The notes under the pieces are model-generated. The model was given only the letters and a program-made list of their open reading frames with translations, made no database searches and was not told where the DNA came from. Below are positions 48,291 through 60,635 of a stretch of DNA of 64,000 nucleotides, piece by piece. The stretch is from positions 18,290,001 through 18,354,000 of the forward strand of contig JBHGNT010000013.1 of the NCBI GenBank assembly GCA_043228905.1. The letters run 5' to 3'. Within the stretch, counting starts at the first letter, position 1. Every line of letters starts with the position of its first letter. This DNA is from Azolla caroliniana. Its lineage: Eukaryota > Plantae > Polypodiophyta. A program made the translations under genes and the position numbers.

Positions 48291-49094
48291 TGTCGTAGTG
48301 TATTTCGTACACTACGTGAAAATAATATAAAATAACCGATTGAATAAATATGAAAAAAACAAGAAGAAGAAGAAGAAAATATCAAAAAATATATAACATG
48401 CATAGGGCAAGATTCAAACCTTGCACCTCCATGTTAATAATGTAATGTCTTACCATTACACTAGCATTTCATTAGTGTTAAAAAGTAGATGTTCCACATA
48501 GAAAGGTAAGTTCACGCTAGGATAAACTTTAGAAAAACGCATGATAAAAGAAAATGCTACACATGCACATGTAGCGTGCATGAACACTATAGTCAATAAA
48601 AAAACGCACAAGTTAGAAAAAGCATGATCACTTTAAATAAAGCATATAGTCTATCTATAGAAAAAGCATGTTGCAAAAGACTCTCTTATCTCTATATAAG
48701 GATGAGGAGCACAATGTAATAGTGTGTGAAAAATATTTGGGAAATTGGATATATTTCCTAAAACACCAATTAATATAATTGTGGGATTCACGAAGTTTTA
48801 TATAATCTATCTCTTTCAATCTAAATTCATATTCTTACATAAATATTGATTAATGTAATACTTGTGGGATTCACAAGGTTTGATCTCTTTTCTATTTCTA
48901 CTCTAAACTATTCTAAACTATTTCAATTTATTACTATGATTAAGACAAACTAAAACAACTCTACTTGTGGGATTCACAAGCTTCTAATAATCTATACTTA
49001 ATTAAAATCGCCTCAAATTCTTCCTCTTCCTAGTCCATAACCCCAGCGGTTCCCACCCGACTCACGTAACGATCCGGAGCCGAAAGGCACGACA
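48291..49094 (+). mobile_element. 804-bp solo LTR-like insertion in the RT of copia B2
   Basis: Ends are TGTCGT...ACGACA. Apparent 4-bp TSD ACGC/ACAC; removal restores LKQAPRAW. TATATAAG at ~48693. TTGTGGGATTCAC occurs three times. Confidence 0.8.
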
Positions 49095-50341
49095 ACACGG
49101 TGCTTGCTTGAGGCCGTAGAGTGGCTTCTTGAGTCAGCATACAGCTTTCGGATGGGTGCTCGAGTTGAAGCCGGGTGGTTGTATCATGTACACCTCTTCC
49201 AATTCGCCTTGGAGAAAGGCGTTCTTGACGTCCATTTGATGGAGGTGCCACCCTTTCGCCGCGGCAAGCGCAATCACGGTCCGTACTGTCGTCATCTTTG
49301 CCACCGGGGCAAAGGTCTCTTTGTAGTCAACTTCGTGCGTTTGTGCTTAGCCTTTTGCTACGAGTCGCGCTTTGTAGCGGTTGACAGAACCGCCAGCGTT
49401 GTACTTCACTTTGTAAATCCATCTGCATCCAATCGCCTTTTTGTGTGGTGAGGTGGGAACGAGATCCCACGTCTCGTTCTTGCATAGTGCCTGCATCTCC
49501 TCGTTCATGGCTTCGATCCATCGCGGATCCTTGGTTGCTTCGGAAAATGTTTCCGGCTCGCGTACTGTTGCCACCTTCATCATTAAGGCATAGTGATATG
49601 CCATATAATCATTGTAGTCGAATCGGCTTACGGGGTCCTTTTCACGAGTGGATCGGCAAAGCTTTTCATTTGCAGAGATGAGGGCTTTCTTAGCTCCGAT
49701 TGGTACATCGAAGCCGCTAAACTCACTGTCGAGAGAGTGAGTCGACTCATCGTCGTCGAAGCGATCGTGTTCGTATTCCGCCATTTTCGCCTTGCCTTTT
49801 TCCATCTTCGGGCTAGGCCATGATGTGCTTTGATCGCTCAAAGGCTATTGTGGTCTACTCAGTCGGGTTGTGATCGGACTTTCTTCGAACATGCGTGTAA
49901 GGCGATCTTCATCCTCTATGTCTTGTTCGGCGGATTCCGGGTCGAGCGGAGTCGGAGTCGAAGTTGTCTCTGGTGCATACCAGGATGCGGACTCGTCAAA
50001 ACCAACGTTTCAACTTACTCGAGATTTTCGAGTTAAAGGGTTGTAGCACTTGTACCCCTTTTGCTCCAGTGAGTATCCTACGACGATACATTTCTCCGAC
50101 TTCAGGTCAAGCTTTTGACGCTTCTCGTCGGGGATGTGCACGTACGTTATCGTGCCGAATATCCGGGTGCGCGATAAGCCAAGCTTCTTTCCAAAGTATT
50201 TTTCGTGTAGAGTGACCTCATGCACGCCGGATGTTGTGCATCGGTTCATTAGGTAGACGGTCGTATTTGTAGCTTCGGCCCAATATGACTTGGGCATATG
50301 CTTCTCGTTCATCATGGCCCGTGCTACTTCAAGGATGTGCC

Positions 50342-53300
50342 TGTTGAAGACAAGGCCGTCAATGCGGAAGATCAAGTAGCATTCGATTGGGGTTGAGTAC
50401 CTGCGTATGACAGTTTCCAAGATCGTGCACAGAGATAGAGAGAGAGAGAGAGAGGAGGCACAAAAGACTCTTTCTATTCAATAGAAACAATAATACAACC
50501 AACCTTACAAAGAGGTTACTAGGTCACTTTATATAGTGACCAACTTAGGGCAACTACCATTTATGCTAATTACACAAATGGCCCAAACTTGAGCTATACA
50601 AAGGGATAGTGTGAATACGTCCATTATACACTTGTATTCGACACTCCCCCGTAATGGGCGTATACATGGGTTATCTAAGATTACAGGTACAAACCTAGGT
50701 TCTCGGACATATCAGTTTTGTTCGAGTCGGCAGGGTCCGAAGGCAGAAGGCCGGACTGGTCGGGTCGGAAGAGTTGAAGCCGATCATTAAGGAACTGATG
50801 TCGGTTGTCTGAAACCATCCTGCGCTGTGTCCGGCTCTAACCGGACTGGTTTGTCGTTACGCCCATCTGATGCCGAAGGGACCGAAAGCGGTCTGCCGAA
50901 AGACACTTGGTCATTCCATCTGCGACATTGTCGGTTGTGGATATTTTCTCTAGACCGATTTTCCCTGAAATGACGCAGTCCCGAACGAAGTGATATCGAA
51001 CGTCGATATGTTTGGAGGCGTTGTGGTGAGCCGGATTTTTCGACAAGGCAACAACACCTTGACTGTCGCTATAGACAATTGGGGCCGAGTCATGGTCGAC
51101 TTGTCGAAACGTGTGCGCCAGCCGGCCGAGCCACAAAGCTTCTTTTGCAGCGTCGGACGCAGCTACATATTCTGCTTCGGTCGTTGAGGTCGTTGTGCAC
51201 TCCTGAAGTTTCGACTTCCACGAAATTGCTCCATTGCCGAATTTGAAGCAGTATCCAGTTTTTGATTTCCGACTGTCTATACAGCCGGCGAAGTCCGAGT
51301 CGGTGTAACCGACTACGCCTGAGGTTGAGTTCGGACCGAAAAGAATGCCGTGGTCTTTTGTGCCAGCCAGATATTTGAACACATGCTTGACTGCGTTCCA
51401 ATGCGATCGGCCAGGATTGTGCATAAATCTGCTAACGACTCCTACGGCATGAGAAATATCAGGCCGTGTCGCGACCATCAGGTACATAAGGGAGCCGACT
51501 GCCGGTGCATACGGTACCGACTTCATATCTTCCCCCTCCGGACCGGATGTCGGGCAGTCTCGCTGAGAGAGCCGAAGATTCATGGGGAGCGGGGTTGAAG
51601 CAGATTTGGCTGATTGCATGTTGAAGCGTTCCAAGACACGTCCGATATAGTCGGTCTGAGACAAAAAAAGATGTCGTTTATCGCGATGCCAACTAATCTT
51701 CATGCCAAGTATGTGTCGTGCCGGACCGAGGTCCTTCATGGCAAACTTCAACCGCAATTGCCGAATGAGATCGGCAAGTTCGCCCGCGTGGCGTCCAGAA
51801 ATTAGCATGTTGTCCATGTAAATGATGAGGAAGATGGGTGATCCATCTTGAGCTGTGTTGGTAAAAAGACAATGGTCCTCATCGCTTTTTGAGAAGCCGA
51901 TCGATTGGATGAAGTTGTCGAACTTCTTGTACCATTGTCGCGGTGCCTGTTTGAGGCCGTATAGACTCTTCTTGAGTCGGCAGACTAGATGTTCTTGGCC
52001 AGTTGCCACGAAGCCTTTTGGCTGCTCCATATAAATTTCCTCTTCAAGATCACCATGGAGGAAGGCTGTTTTGACATCTAGCTGAATCAACTCCATGTTG
52101 TCGGCTGCCACTACGCCGAGTAGAAAACGAAGGGTTGTCATTTTCACCACTGGTGAAAAAATCTCGTCGAAGTCGACGCCATATTCTTGTCGGAAGCCCT
52201 TCACAACTAATCTGGCCTTGTACTTTGGGGTGGTCGAATCAGACGTCTCTTTTAGTCGATAAACCCACTTGCAAGGAAGAGCACGTCGATTCTTAGGTAA
52301 TTTGACCAAATCCCAAGTCTTGTTTGCCCGAATGGAGTGCATTTCCGACTCCATCGCCAGATGCCAGGTGGCTGAATCGACAGATGTCGATGCTTCTTCG
52401 TAAGACGTCGGTTCGCCGGCGTCGGTGAAGAAAATTCCAGGAGAATACCTCTCCGGAGGTTGCGACAGTCTGTCGGATCGTCGAGGTATGATTGGACTGG
52501 TCGTATCGGGTATCGAGGTCGGATGGTCCGAAAGCGAATTATTCTGCTGTGCCGAGTCAGAGTTGTCCGAGTCGGTAGTGTAAGGTTCAGCTACCCGTGA
52601 AGCTGACCGTGTGTTAAGAGCGGGGCCTTCTTGAAGGGTCGGCACATCGGAAAATGTTACCCTTCGGACTTCGATCGGTGTTTTGACTGATGGATTCATA
52701 GCCGACTCGTTGAACACAACGTCCGAACTTCGAACGATTTGTCTACGTTCGGGGTCCCAGAGTCGGTATCCCATTTCGCCGTCTGATCCATATCCAAGGA
52801 AAATGCATTTCCTGGACCGAGGTGCAAGTTTTCGGCGATCATATTTCGGAATGAGGGCGTACGCCTCGCATCCGAAGATCCTCAGCTTGTCGTAATTCGG
52901 CTTACTGCCGATCCATAGTTCCTGAGGAATTTGAAGTCCTAGAGGTCTGCTTGGCAACATATTGATTATGTGTACTGCCGTGAGTAGAGCCTCTGCCCAG
53001 AAGCCATCCGACAGTCCGGAGTGTTGGAGCATGGAAACTATCCGTTCTTGGATTGTCTGATTCATGCGTTCTGCAATCCCGTTTTGCTCCGGACTGTGTG
53101 GTGCCGTAAATTCACGTCGGATGCCGCGTTGTCGGCAGAATTTGACAAATTCTTCTGATTTGAACTCTCCCCCATTGTCGGTCCGAAAGCATTTCAGTTT
53201 TCGGTCAGTTTGATTTTCTACCATAGCGAGCCAATCGGAGAAGATCGAGAAGACACAATCTTTGGTGCGAATTGGATAAGCCCACACCTTTCGAGTCGAA

Positions 53301-55714
53301 TCGTCAATAAAACTGACGAAGTAAGAGGCACCGCCGAGAGACTGATGCGGCATTGGGCCACAGACGTCCGAGTGGACTAAATCGAGAGGTCTCGTTTCTC
53401 TTGGTGCTAATGTCGGGTGTGATGCGGCTGCTTGTTTGCCATACTGGCAATGTTCGCAGAATTGATGGTCCGAGAAGGAGAGTTTAGGGATGTATCCGGC
53501 TCTAGATAGGTGCGTAATGCCGGCCTTGCTGAGGTGTCCTAATCTTCTGTGCCATAGTGATGACACAGGAATATCCACCAAAAACAGGTTACCCTCTCTG
53601 AGCGTAACATGTAACGGATACAGTGAGTGTATCTTGGGTCCTCTAGCAAGTAGGAGGTTCCCCCTGTGGAGTGTCCACCCTCCCGAAGAAAAACCGGCAC
53701 GAATGCCGTCTTCATCTAGTTGTCCGACTGAGATCAATAGCCTTGAGAGCTCGGGTACATGTCGGACATTGTGAAGTACAAGTGTAGAGCCACCTGCAAG
53801 GTTGAGCTCTACTGTGCCGATTCCAATGATGTCACAGTGTTGCGAGTTGCCGACTCTAACTGAGTCGGAGTGACGGATCGTATATTGTCGAAATTGGGAT
53901 CGATGAGGAGTCACGTGAAATGACGCGCCCGAATCTAAGAGCCATGTGCTCGATTCTTCAGTCGTGAGCAGAACTTCTGATCCGACTGGATTTTCGATTG
54001 ATAGTATATTCGGGTCGTTTGGTAGCACATCAGCTGAGAAGCTGACGTAATTGATCTCCTCATGCCAGCCACTCTTCTTGTCTGATTTCTGAGACTTGTC
54101 GTTCTTGTTCTTGAGTGCGCGACAGTCGGCTTTGATGTGTCCGGGTTTCTTGCAATAGTTGCAGATTCGATTATCCCGTGACTGGCTCCGTCTTCGCTGA
54201 TTGTTCGGCTGCCGTGAGGAATCTCTTCCTCGTATGTTCGATCGGTCTGTCGAACCTTGTATTACATAAGCGTCGTCTGTTGAGTCTTTGGCGAAAGACT
54301 TTCTCCGAGCTGCTTCGGTCAGGATTGCGCTCGTGACTTCGGAGTATTTAACAGCTGTGGTTGACGCGCGTTGCACACGGTTGTGACGAAAGTTTCCCAT
54401 GATGAGGGAAGGCTGCTCATGAGTATCATTGCTCTGAGTTCATCCTCGATTGCCGTCCCCTGAGATGAGATTTGGGAGCTTATGCTTTCGTACTCATTGA
54501 GATGTGCTTGAACCGAATCTGATTCTTTCATCCGCAAGTTGTAGAGGCGCCGGATCAGAAACATCTTCGTTGCAGCGACCTTCTTTTCGTAGGTGTCCGA
54601 CAGTGTTTTCCACAGTTCGAATGCTGTCGTACACGATTGCACCGTAAAGTATACCGATTCCGATAGGTGCATCCGAATCGTGGCGCGGACGATTCTGTCC
54701 AGCTTCTGCCACTCAATTGGTTTGTATCCTTCTGGAGGTTCTTCATTTTCGATGGGATCGATTTGCCCCTTGACTATGAGATAGTCCTGCATTTGCCCCT
54801 TCCAGAAGTTGAAGTTCGATCCATCGAACTTTCGTAGACTCATTTCTGACGAGCCGGATGTTGATGTCATGACTCTGCCCTAAGTCGGCTACGAACTTTG
54901 GTGAAGTGCAGCGGTTTGGCCCACTCAGTGTCGTTCTAGCCGAAGTTGGACACAAGTGATGTTGATTACGGAGAATCGGGGATTTGGTTCGGATTGACTA
55001 CCGACAACTGTCTTAGTCGAGTTGAACCTAGATTTAACGATCCGACAGTACTTCAAGCCGATTCGGTTTCGGTTGACTGCAACGGTGAGAGCAATGGAAC
55101 CGACTGGTCCTTCCGATTATTGTCCAATCGAATGAAACACGAACTGGGGTTGTCCTTGAAGTCGTCGTTGTGCAGGAAGCCCACCTCAAGCAGTTACGAT
55201 CAAGGAAGTAGAGTACAGCCGACTGGCTTACTCCGAGTGATGATCTAACGCAGCGAGATTCAAGCTTGTGTTTGCCTACTTTCTTCTCTTTTTCTTCGAA
55301 TGACGCAGGAAACCGAATGCTTTGCAGACTAGGATGAAGCGAAAGGCCGAATACTGTGCAGGCTGTGATGACGGCCGACAGCGGGTTGAGGGACCTCGGC
55401 TCTGATACCAAATGTTGAAGACAAGGCCGTCAATGCGGAAGATCAAGTAGCATTCGATTGGGGTTGAGTACCTGCGTATGACAGTTTCCAAGATCGTGCA
55501 CAGAGATAGAGAGAGAGAGAGAGAGGAGGCACAAAAGACTCTTTCTATTCAATAGAAACAATAATACAACCAACCTTACAAAGAGGTTACTAGGTCACTT
55601 TATATAGTGACCAACTTAGGGCAACTACCATTTATGCTAATTACACAAATGGCCCAAACTTGAGCTATACAAAGGGATAGTGTGAATACGTCCATTATAC
55701 ACTTGTATTCGACA
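50342..55714 (-). mobile_element. Copia C2 (sibling of C1): identical LTRs but a defective polyprotein
   Basis: 302-bp LTRs at 50342-50643 and 55413-55714 with no mismatch seen. TSD GTGCC. PBS at 55399-55410. Confidence 0.97.
50837..54870 (-). pseudogene. Frameshifted copia Gag-Pol
   Basis: A 2-bp insertion at ~54365-54370 relative to C1 splits Gag. The RT motif reads YMDN instead of YVDD. Confidence 0.9.
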
Positions 55715-56685
55715 GTGCCGAATTTTCCCAGACTCCGTTTTGTTGCAGAGTGTGTTGGCAAGTGAATTCTTGCTAAATTCCTTCCTTTCGGAGATACGCC
55801 GTGAAATCGTCCGAGAAGTACTCCTTGCCGCCATCTGATCGAAGACAACGTACATGTCGGCCCGTGGCTTTCTCGACTTCATTCTTGAATGTTTGGAAGT
55901 GTCCAAACACTTCGCTTTTTTGCCGCATCGGGTAGATCCAAGTGTGCATGGAGAAGTCGTCGATGAAGAGCACGTAATATCGGCATTCTCCGAAACGAGC
56001 CGTCAACGCCGATCCCCATACGTCGAGTAGACCTTTGCTCACGTTCCGCTCTTTCGGGAATGGGTGTCAGTGTTGCTTGCCGAATTGGCACGCTTCACAT
56101 ACACCTTCAATCTCCTTCTCTTTGAATGTCGGGAGTCTGATAACGACTCCTTTCGATTTCATTGCTTTGAGTTTGTTAAGATTGATGTGGTCGATTCGCT
56201 TGTGCCACAACTCTATGTCGGAGTCGGCTTTCATGCCCTTTGCGAACATGGCCGATTTCCTCTCATGTGAGTCGAGAATGAACATTCGGCCCTCTCTTCG
56301 TCCGCGTGCGATGAGTCGGCCCTCTTTTTCGATGAAGCAACCGCCTTGATTAAATCGAATTTGCATCCCTTGCTCTACAATTTGGCCGACGGAGACCAAA
56401 TTCTTCGTAATGGTCGGTATATGCAAGACATTTTTAATGTAATTTTGTTTACCTTCTTTTCCGAATGGAACATTGCTGATGTGCCGAATCGGGTGTGTAG
56501 TGTCGTCTCCGACATAGTCGGGTCGGTCCGGCTCTCGAAGTTCTCAGAACCATTCTTGATGCGATGTCATATGGTTCGAGGCACCAGAATCGACGAACCA
56601 TACGTCTTCCGGACCGGAGGCACTAGTTGAGGTAGAGGCCGACATAGTGTTTGCTCTATGTTTCATCATGAACATTTTGCCATGG

Positions 56686-56807
56686 TTGGAGTTGTGTGCA
56701 TACATTCTGCCAAAATCTTCGTAGTCAGAGTTGTGCCCATACATTCCACCACGGTTGGAGTTGTGTGCATACATTCCACCACGATCTTCGTAGTCGGAGT
56801 TGTGCAC
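56686..56807 (-). repeat. Tandem expansion in the Gag-protease linker of B2 (HNS..GGMYA-type units x4)
   Basis: GAGTTGTG occurs four times with CATACATTC spacers. Siblings B1 and B3 have a single unit. Confidence 0.8.
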
Positions 56808-59800
56808 GTAATTCGTGAGTTATCGGATTGTGGAAGCCATTTCACGCATCTTCTTTCGGCACTCTTCTTCGTGGTGGCCGAGCTTTCCGCAATATCCGCA
56901 TTCCCTTGCGTTTTGACAGCTCGGGCCAGAGTGGAAGCTCCCCCTTCTTGCGGAGGTTCCTCGTTAGCTTCCGTTTTGCGGCCGAAATTGGGAGTTGTCG
57001 TCGTAGGTCGGACCTTGTTCACCTTGTCATTGGCCGAATCGGCCTCTCGCTCGTCCGCATCTTCTTCTTCCGTTCGAGTGCGTGTAGAGCATGTGGCCTT
57101 CCAACTCGTTGCTCCTTGTACGCACGTGGTTTTCTTCGACCAATGGCACTGATTGGAGCTCGAAAAAGGAGGGAGATTTCTCCCTTGTTAGAACGGTAGT
57201 TCGCATCGCACCAAACCGTGGTGCGAGGCCGCCGAGGCATATTTGCACCATCTCATCATCATCTATACTTACGCTTATCGAGCCGAGCGAGTCGCAAAGC
57301 TCCTTGATCTTCATGGTGTATGTTGTGATGGACATGTCCCTTTGTTGAATGTCGTTCAACTCTTGGCAGAGTTGAAGCTTTCTTGCGGTTATGTTCGCCG
57401 CGAAAATCTTTCGTACATTTTCCCATGCCTCCTTCGGCGTCTTGGCTTCGCGAATGTAGCCGAGCATGTGATCGTGAACACATGTCGCCAAGCATTACAT
57501 CACGCGGCTTGCAGCTTGCTCCCATGTCGCGTATCCGGGAGCCTCTTCGGCGGGTTGGTCTTCGTGCTCTCCTTTGATGTAGCTCCAATAGCCTTGTCTG
57601 ACAAGGTATTGGTGCATCTTGTACTCCCAAGATGTGAAGTTGTTTCGATCCAACTTCTCGGTAGGGAGAGCGCTCCCCATTCGAGTATTCATTATGTCGA
57701 TTCTTCTTCTTCTTCTTCGTCTCTCTTCGAATGCGAGTTATGTAGCGAAGCTATGATCGCGATGCGCCGGTTCTTGGTCGTCGGCGTGGAGAACAACACA
57801 CGATCACGATGAGGAGAATGGGCTAGATCGAGCTACCAAATCGCTCTGATACCATGTAAAGAATCAGGTATGATTCTTGTGAAGCGGAAGAGATGTGAGT
57901 TATGTGTGTGTATGAGAGAGAGGGAGATTGAGTGAGAGAGATAAGGAGTAAGACACAGAGAATACGCAAGGTAAAAGTATATTAACACAAGAGAAAGACA
58001 ACTTAATACAAGGTGGGAGGAGGGTGTTTTATATAGTCACCCTCTCCCTTCATTAACTACAAGACTCATGGAGCATGGGGAATGTGAAAGGTCATAAGTT
58101 ATGTGTCATAGAATATGATTCTATGACTCATACTAAATGCTAGAATTTAAAGAGGTGACATAATGGTGACTCTTGACCGTTGGAGTGTCTATTCACTCTC
58201 AAGCTGAGTTCACACACTAGACCAACTTGAGCTTGATTCTCAACAATTCTTAAGCATTCGTTGTTGTTTTTTATCTTCTTTAGTGAACATGCTAATGATA
58301 TATGCCCTAAATATTAAACGAGGGAGCAAACTATAATCCGTTATCTTATAATTATCATAGCATGCAAAAAATAAGAATGGGATTTATAGAAAAAGGATCT
58401 CTAAAAGTAGGCGTTTATTATAAGTTACCCCATCATACCTACAATTTTAATGTTGTTGTATACGGTCTAGACTACTTGGAATGGAGGTCAAATAGATTTA
58501 CACTACCTATAAAAGGCTTTTGACATGGATAAAACACTAGAGGGCAAACTCTAGATCACCAAAAACCCCTCTTGCTTTTGAGTTGTGGTTTGAAAACTCT
58601 TCCGATTTCTCTGTGCAAAGGACCTCAACAAATATAGACTCTCTCCTAATAGTTAGGAGGTATCCTTTATGAATATTCTAAATGCTTAAGATTGGGTACA
58701 AAGCTATTGCAATTGTTACACTCCTACCTCTTAAGTCCTCAATTACCTCTACGTTAAAATAATTTTTACGTCCTCAATTACCTCTCCCTAAAGTAATTCT
58801 CCATTTGATTTGTTGGGCCTTTATCTTGAGTACTCAACATTTCTAACAAAATGTCAACATTAATTAAGATCATCGTCTAAACTAGAAGCCCTTGTTCCAT
58901 GAAAACCCTATCAAGGACCCATTACTATGAGGGGGATGTCATCCACTTCTCCTTCATTGCATGTGAAACATAATTACGCTCTTAGAAATATATCGTAGTA
59001 GTTACAACCATTGTGACGAGTTTCGTCATTTAATGCACCATTCAAATGCTCGCATGCATGTGCCTCACATTATATGGGCCTTCTAATTAGTTCTTAAGTT
59101 TCCTTCGTACAGTGTCATTCTCAAAATGATTGGTATCTTTCAATGTTAATTAATAGGGAAGTTATTTATCACCGATGATTAAGTTTTAGGATTTTCAAAA
59201 CTCTCAACTATGAATAAACCATTTTAAATGGAAACTTTACCTCATATTTTCATAGTTTTAGCTTTATCAAACATGTACACATGTCAAACCGTTTACTTCT
59301 TCGAAGTTCTTCTTCTTAGTCATTTTGATGGGAGTTGGTCCTTTGAGAAAGCACGTAGAGCATAGTGTTATACCACCTTATAACTTGTTTAGTCACAAAG
59401 AAGGTGATTTTTTATTTGGTATTGTTAATTTAATCCTTACGAGTAAGTCTATGGGAAGTAACGTTTCTTTCTTGTGAACCAAAAGGAAATGCCAATAATA
59501 CTTAAGGGAGTTATACAACACACATGAAGTTCAAATGGGTTCCATCCTAATATTTGTCCTGTGGCTCATGATCGAAGATTGTCTTCAAGTAGGACATCAA
59601 TCTCTAGCATGAAGTGTTCCCTTTACCTTATCTCCACGTTGTTTGGTCGTTTATAATATGCTAGAGAAGAGTATCAAATGTGTTTATGTTGGGGAGTAGA
59701 ACCAAAATGACATCAAGCTCAAAGATTTTGTGGCTCATGATGATATTTTGTCTTTTGACAAGCACAAAAACTCAAATATAAATAGATTTGTTAGCCAACA

Positions 59801-60635
59801 TGACCACATATTTAACAATTATGGATGATGTGATGTACCCACAATTTCTTACCTAGTTGGTCTTGTAATCAATTATTGTAGTGATGTATAACCCCATGCC
59901 CATTTTTATTCTTGGTTGTACCCACGGATTTCCCATTTCTCAAGAATGGCCACAACCACAATTGAATTCATTGTGCTTATTAGAAATAGTATATTTCCCG
60001 CCTTTTTGTGTGCTCCACATGATGTGGTGGAAAAAGTGAACTTCACAACTATCTTTGTGCATCTAGAGTAAATTCACTTGAATCATCCTTTTTTGGAATT
60101 GTCCATGAAACATATATTTCATCCATAGAGGTAAATAAATGTCTGTGTAATGGTTGTTACTATAAATCAGGGCATCTACATTTTGCCAATCCCCTAATAA
60201 TTTGACCTTGTTCACATGTTTGTCTTTAATTTTATTTGGTTAGTGCATCTCCTTATTTGGTGCATCGAGAATGTGTACTTCATCAAAATATAGTGAACAC
60301 TTTATTACCTCTCTACTTTTTCGAATGGCTTACCATACTTGAAAATTCAAACTCCTTGTAGTTACTTTTCCTAATCACATCAAGATGTTCATAGAAATCA
60401 TGGTAGTATAAAAATGTTGTCGTATAGTCCATTAACGAATTCAGAAATGTTCCTGGAAGGGTTGTGACATAGATTTACAAGGCTTATACATGGTTTGAGA
60501 TATTGAGAACAATGTTGTCTCGTAAACGAGCATGCATCTGCCACTTGAGAGGAAACACGACAGTCTTGGACCAGCGTGTCAAATGGGATTAGTAAGTCAA
60601 AGAAAAGTGTGCATTGAAGAAAAGACTAGTTGAAG

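Larger units (their letters stand above)
46506..58245 (-). mobile_element. Degenerate copia B2, hosting a solo LTR and copia C2
   Basis: 391-bp LTRs at 46506-46896 and 57855-58245. TSD ATTCT. PBS at 57843-57854. Gag-Pol fragments at 47352-48290, 49099-50336 and 55720-57692. Confidence 0.96.

Noticed and set aside
49040-49094. Hammerhead ribozyme at the solo-LTR end
   Set aside because: There is a GAAA-capped hairpin but no CUGANGA core nearby.
54319-54400. Programmed gag-pol frameshift in C2
   Set aside because: Sibling C1 is a single ORF. The shift is a 2-bp insertion in the middle of Gag.
58251-60635. Possible gene in the AT-rich interval
   Set aside because: No ORF, motif or repeat structure that I could support by eye.
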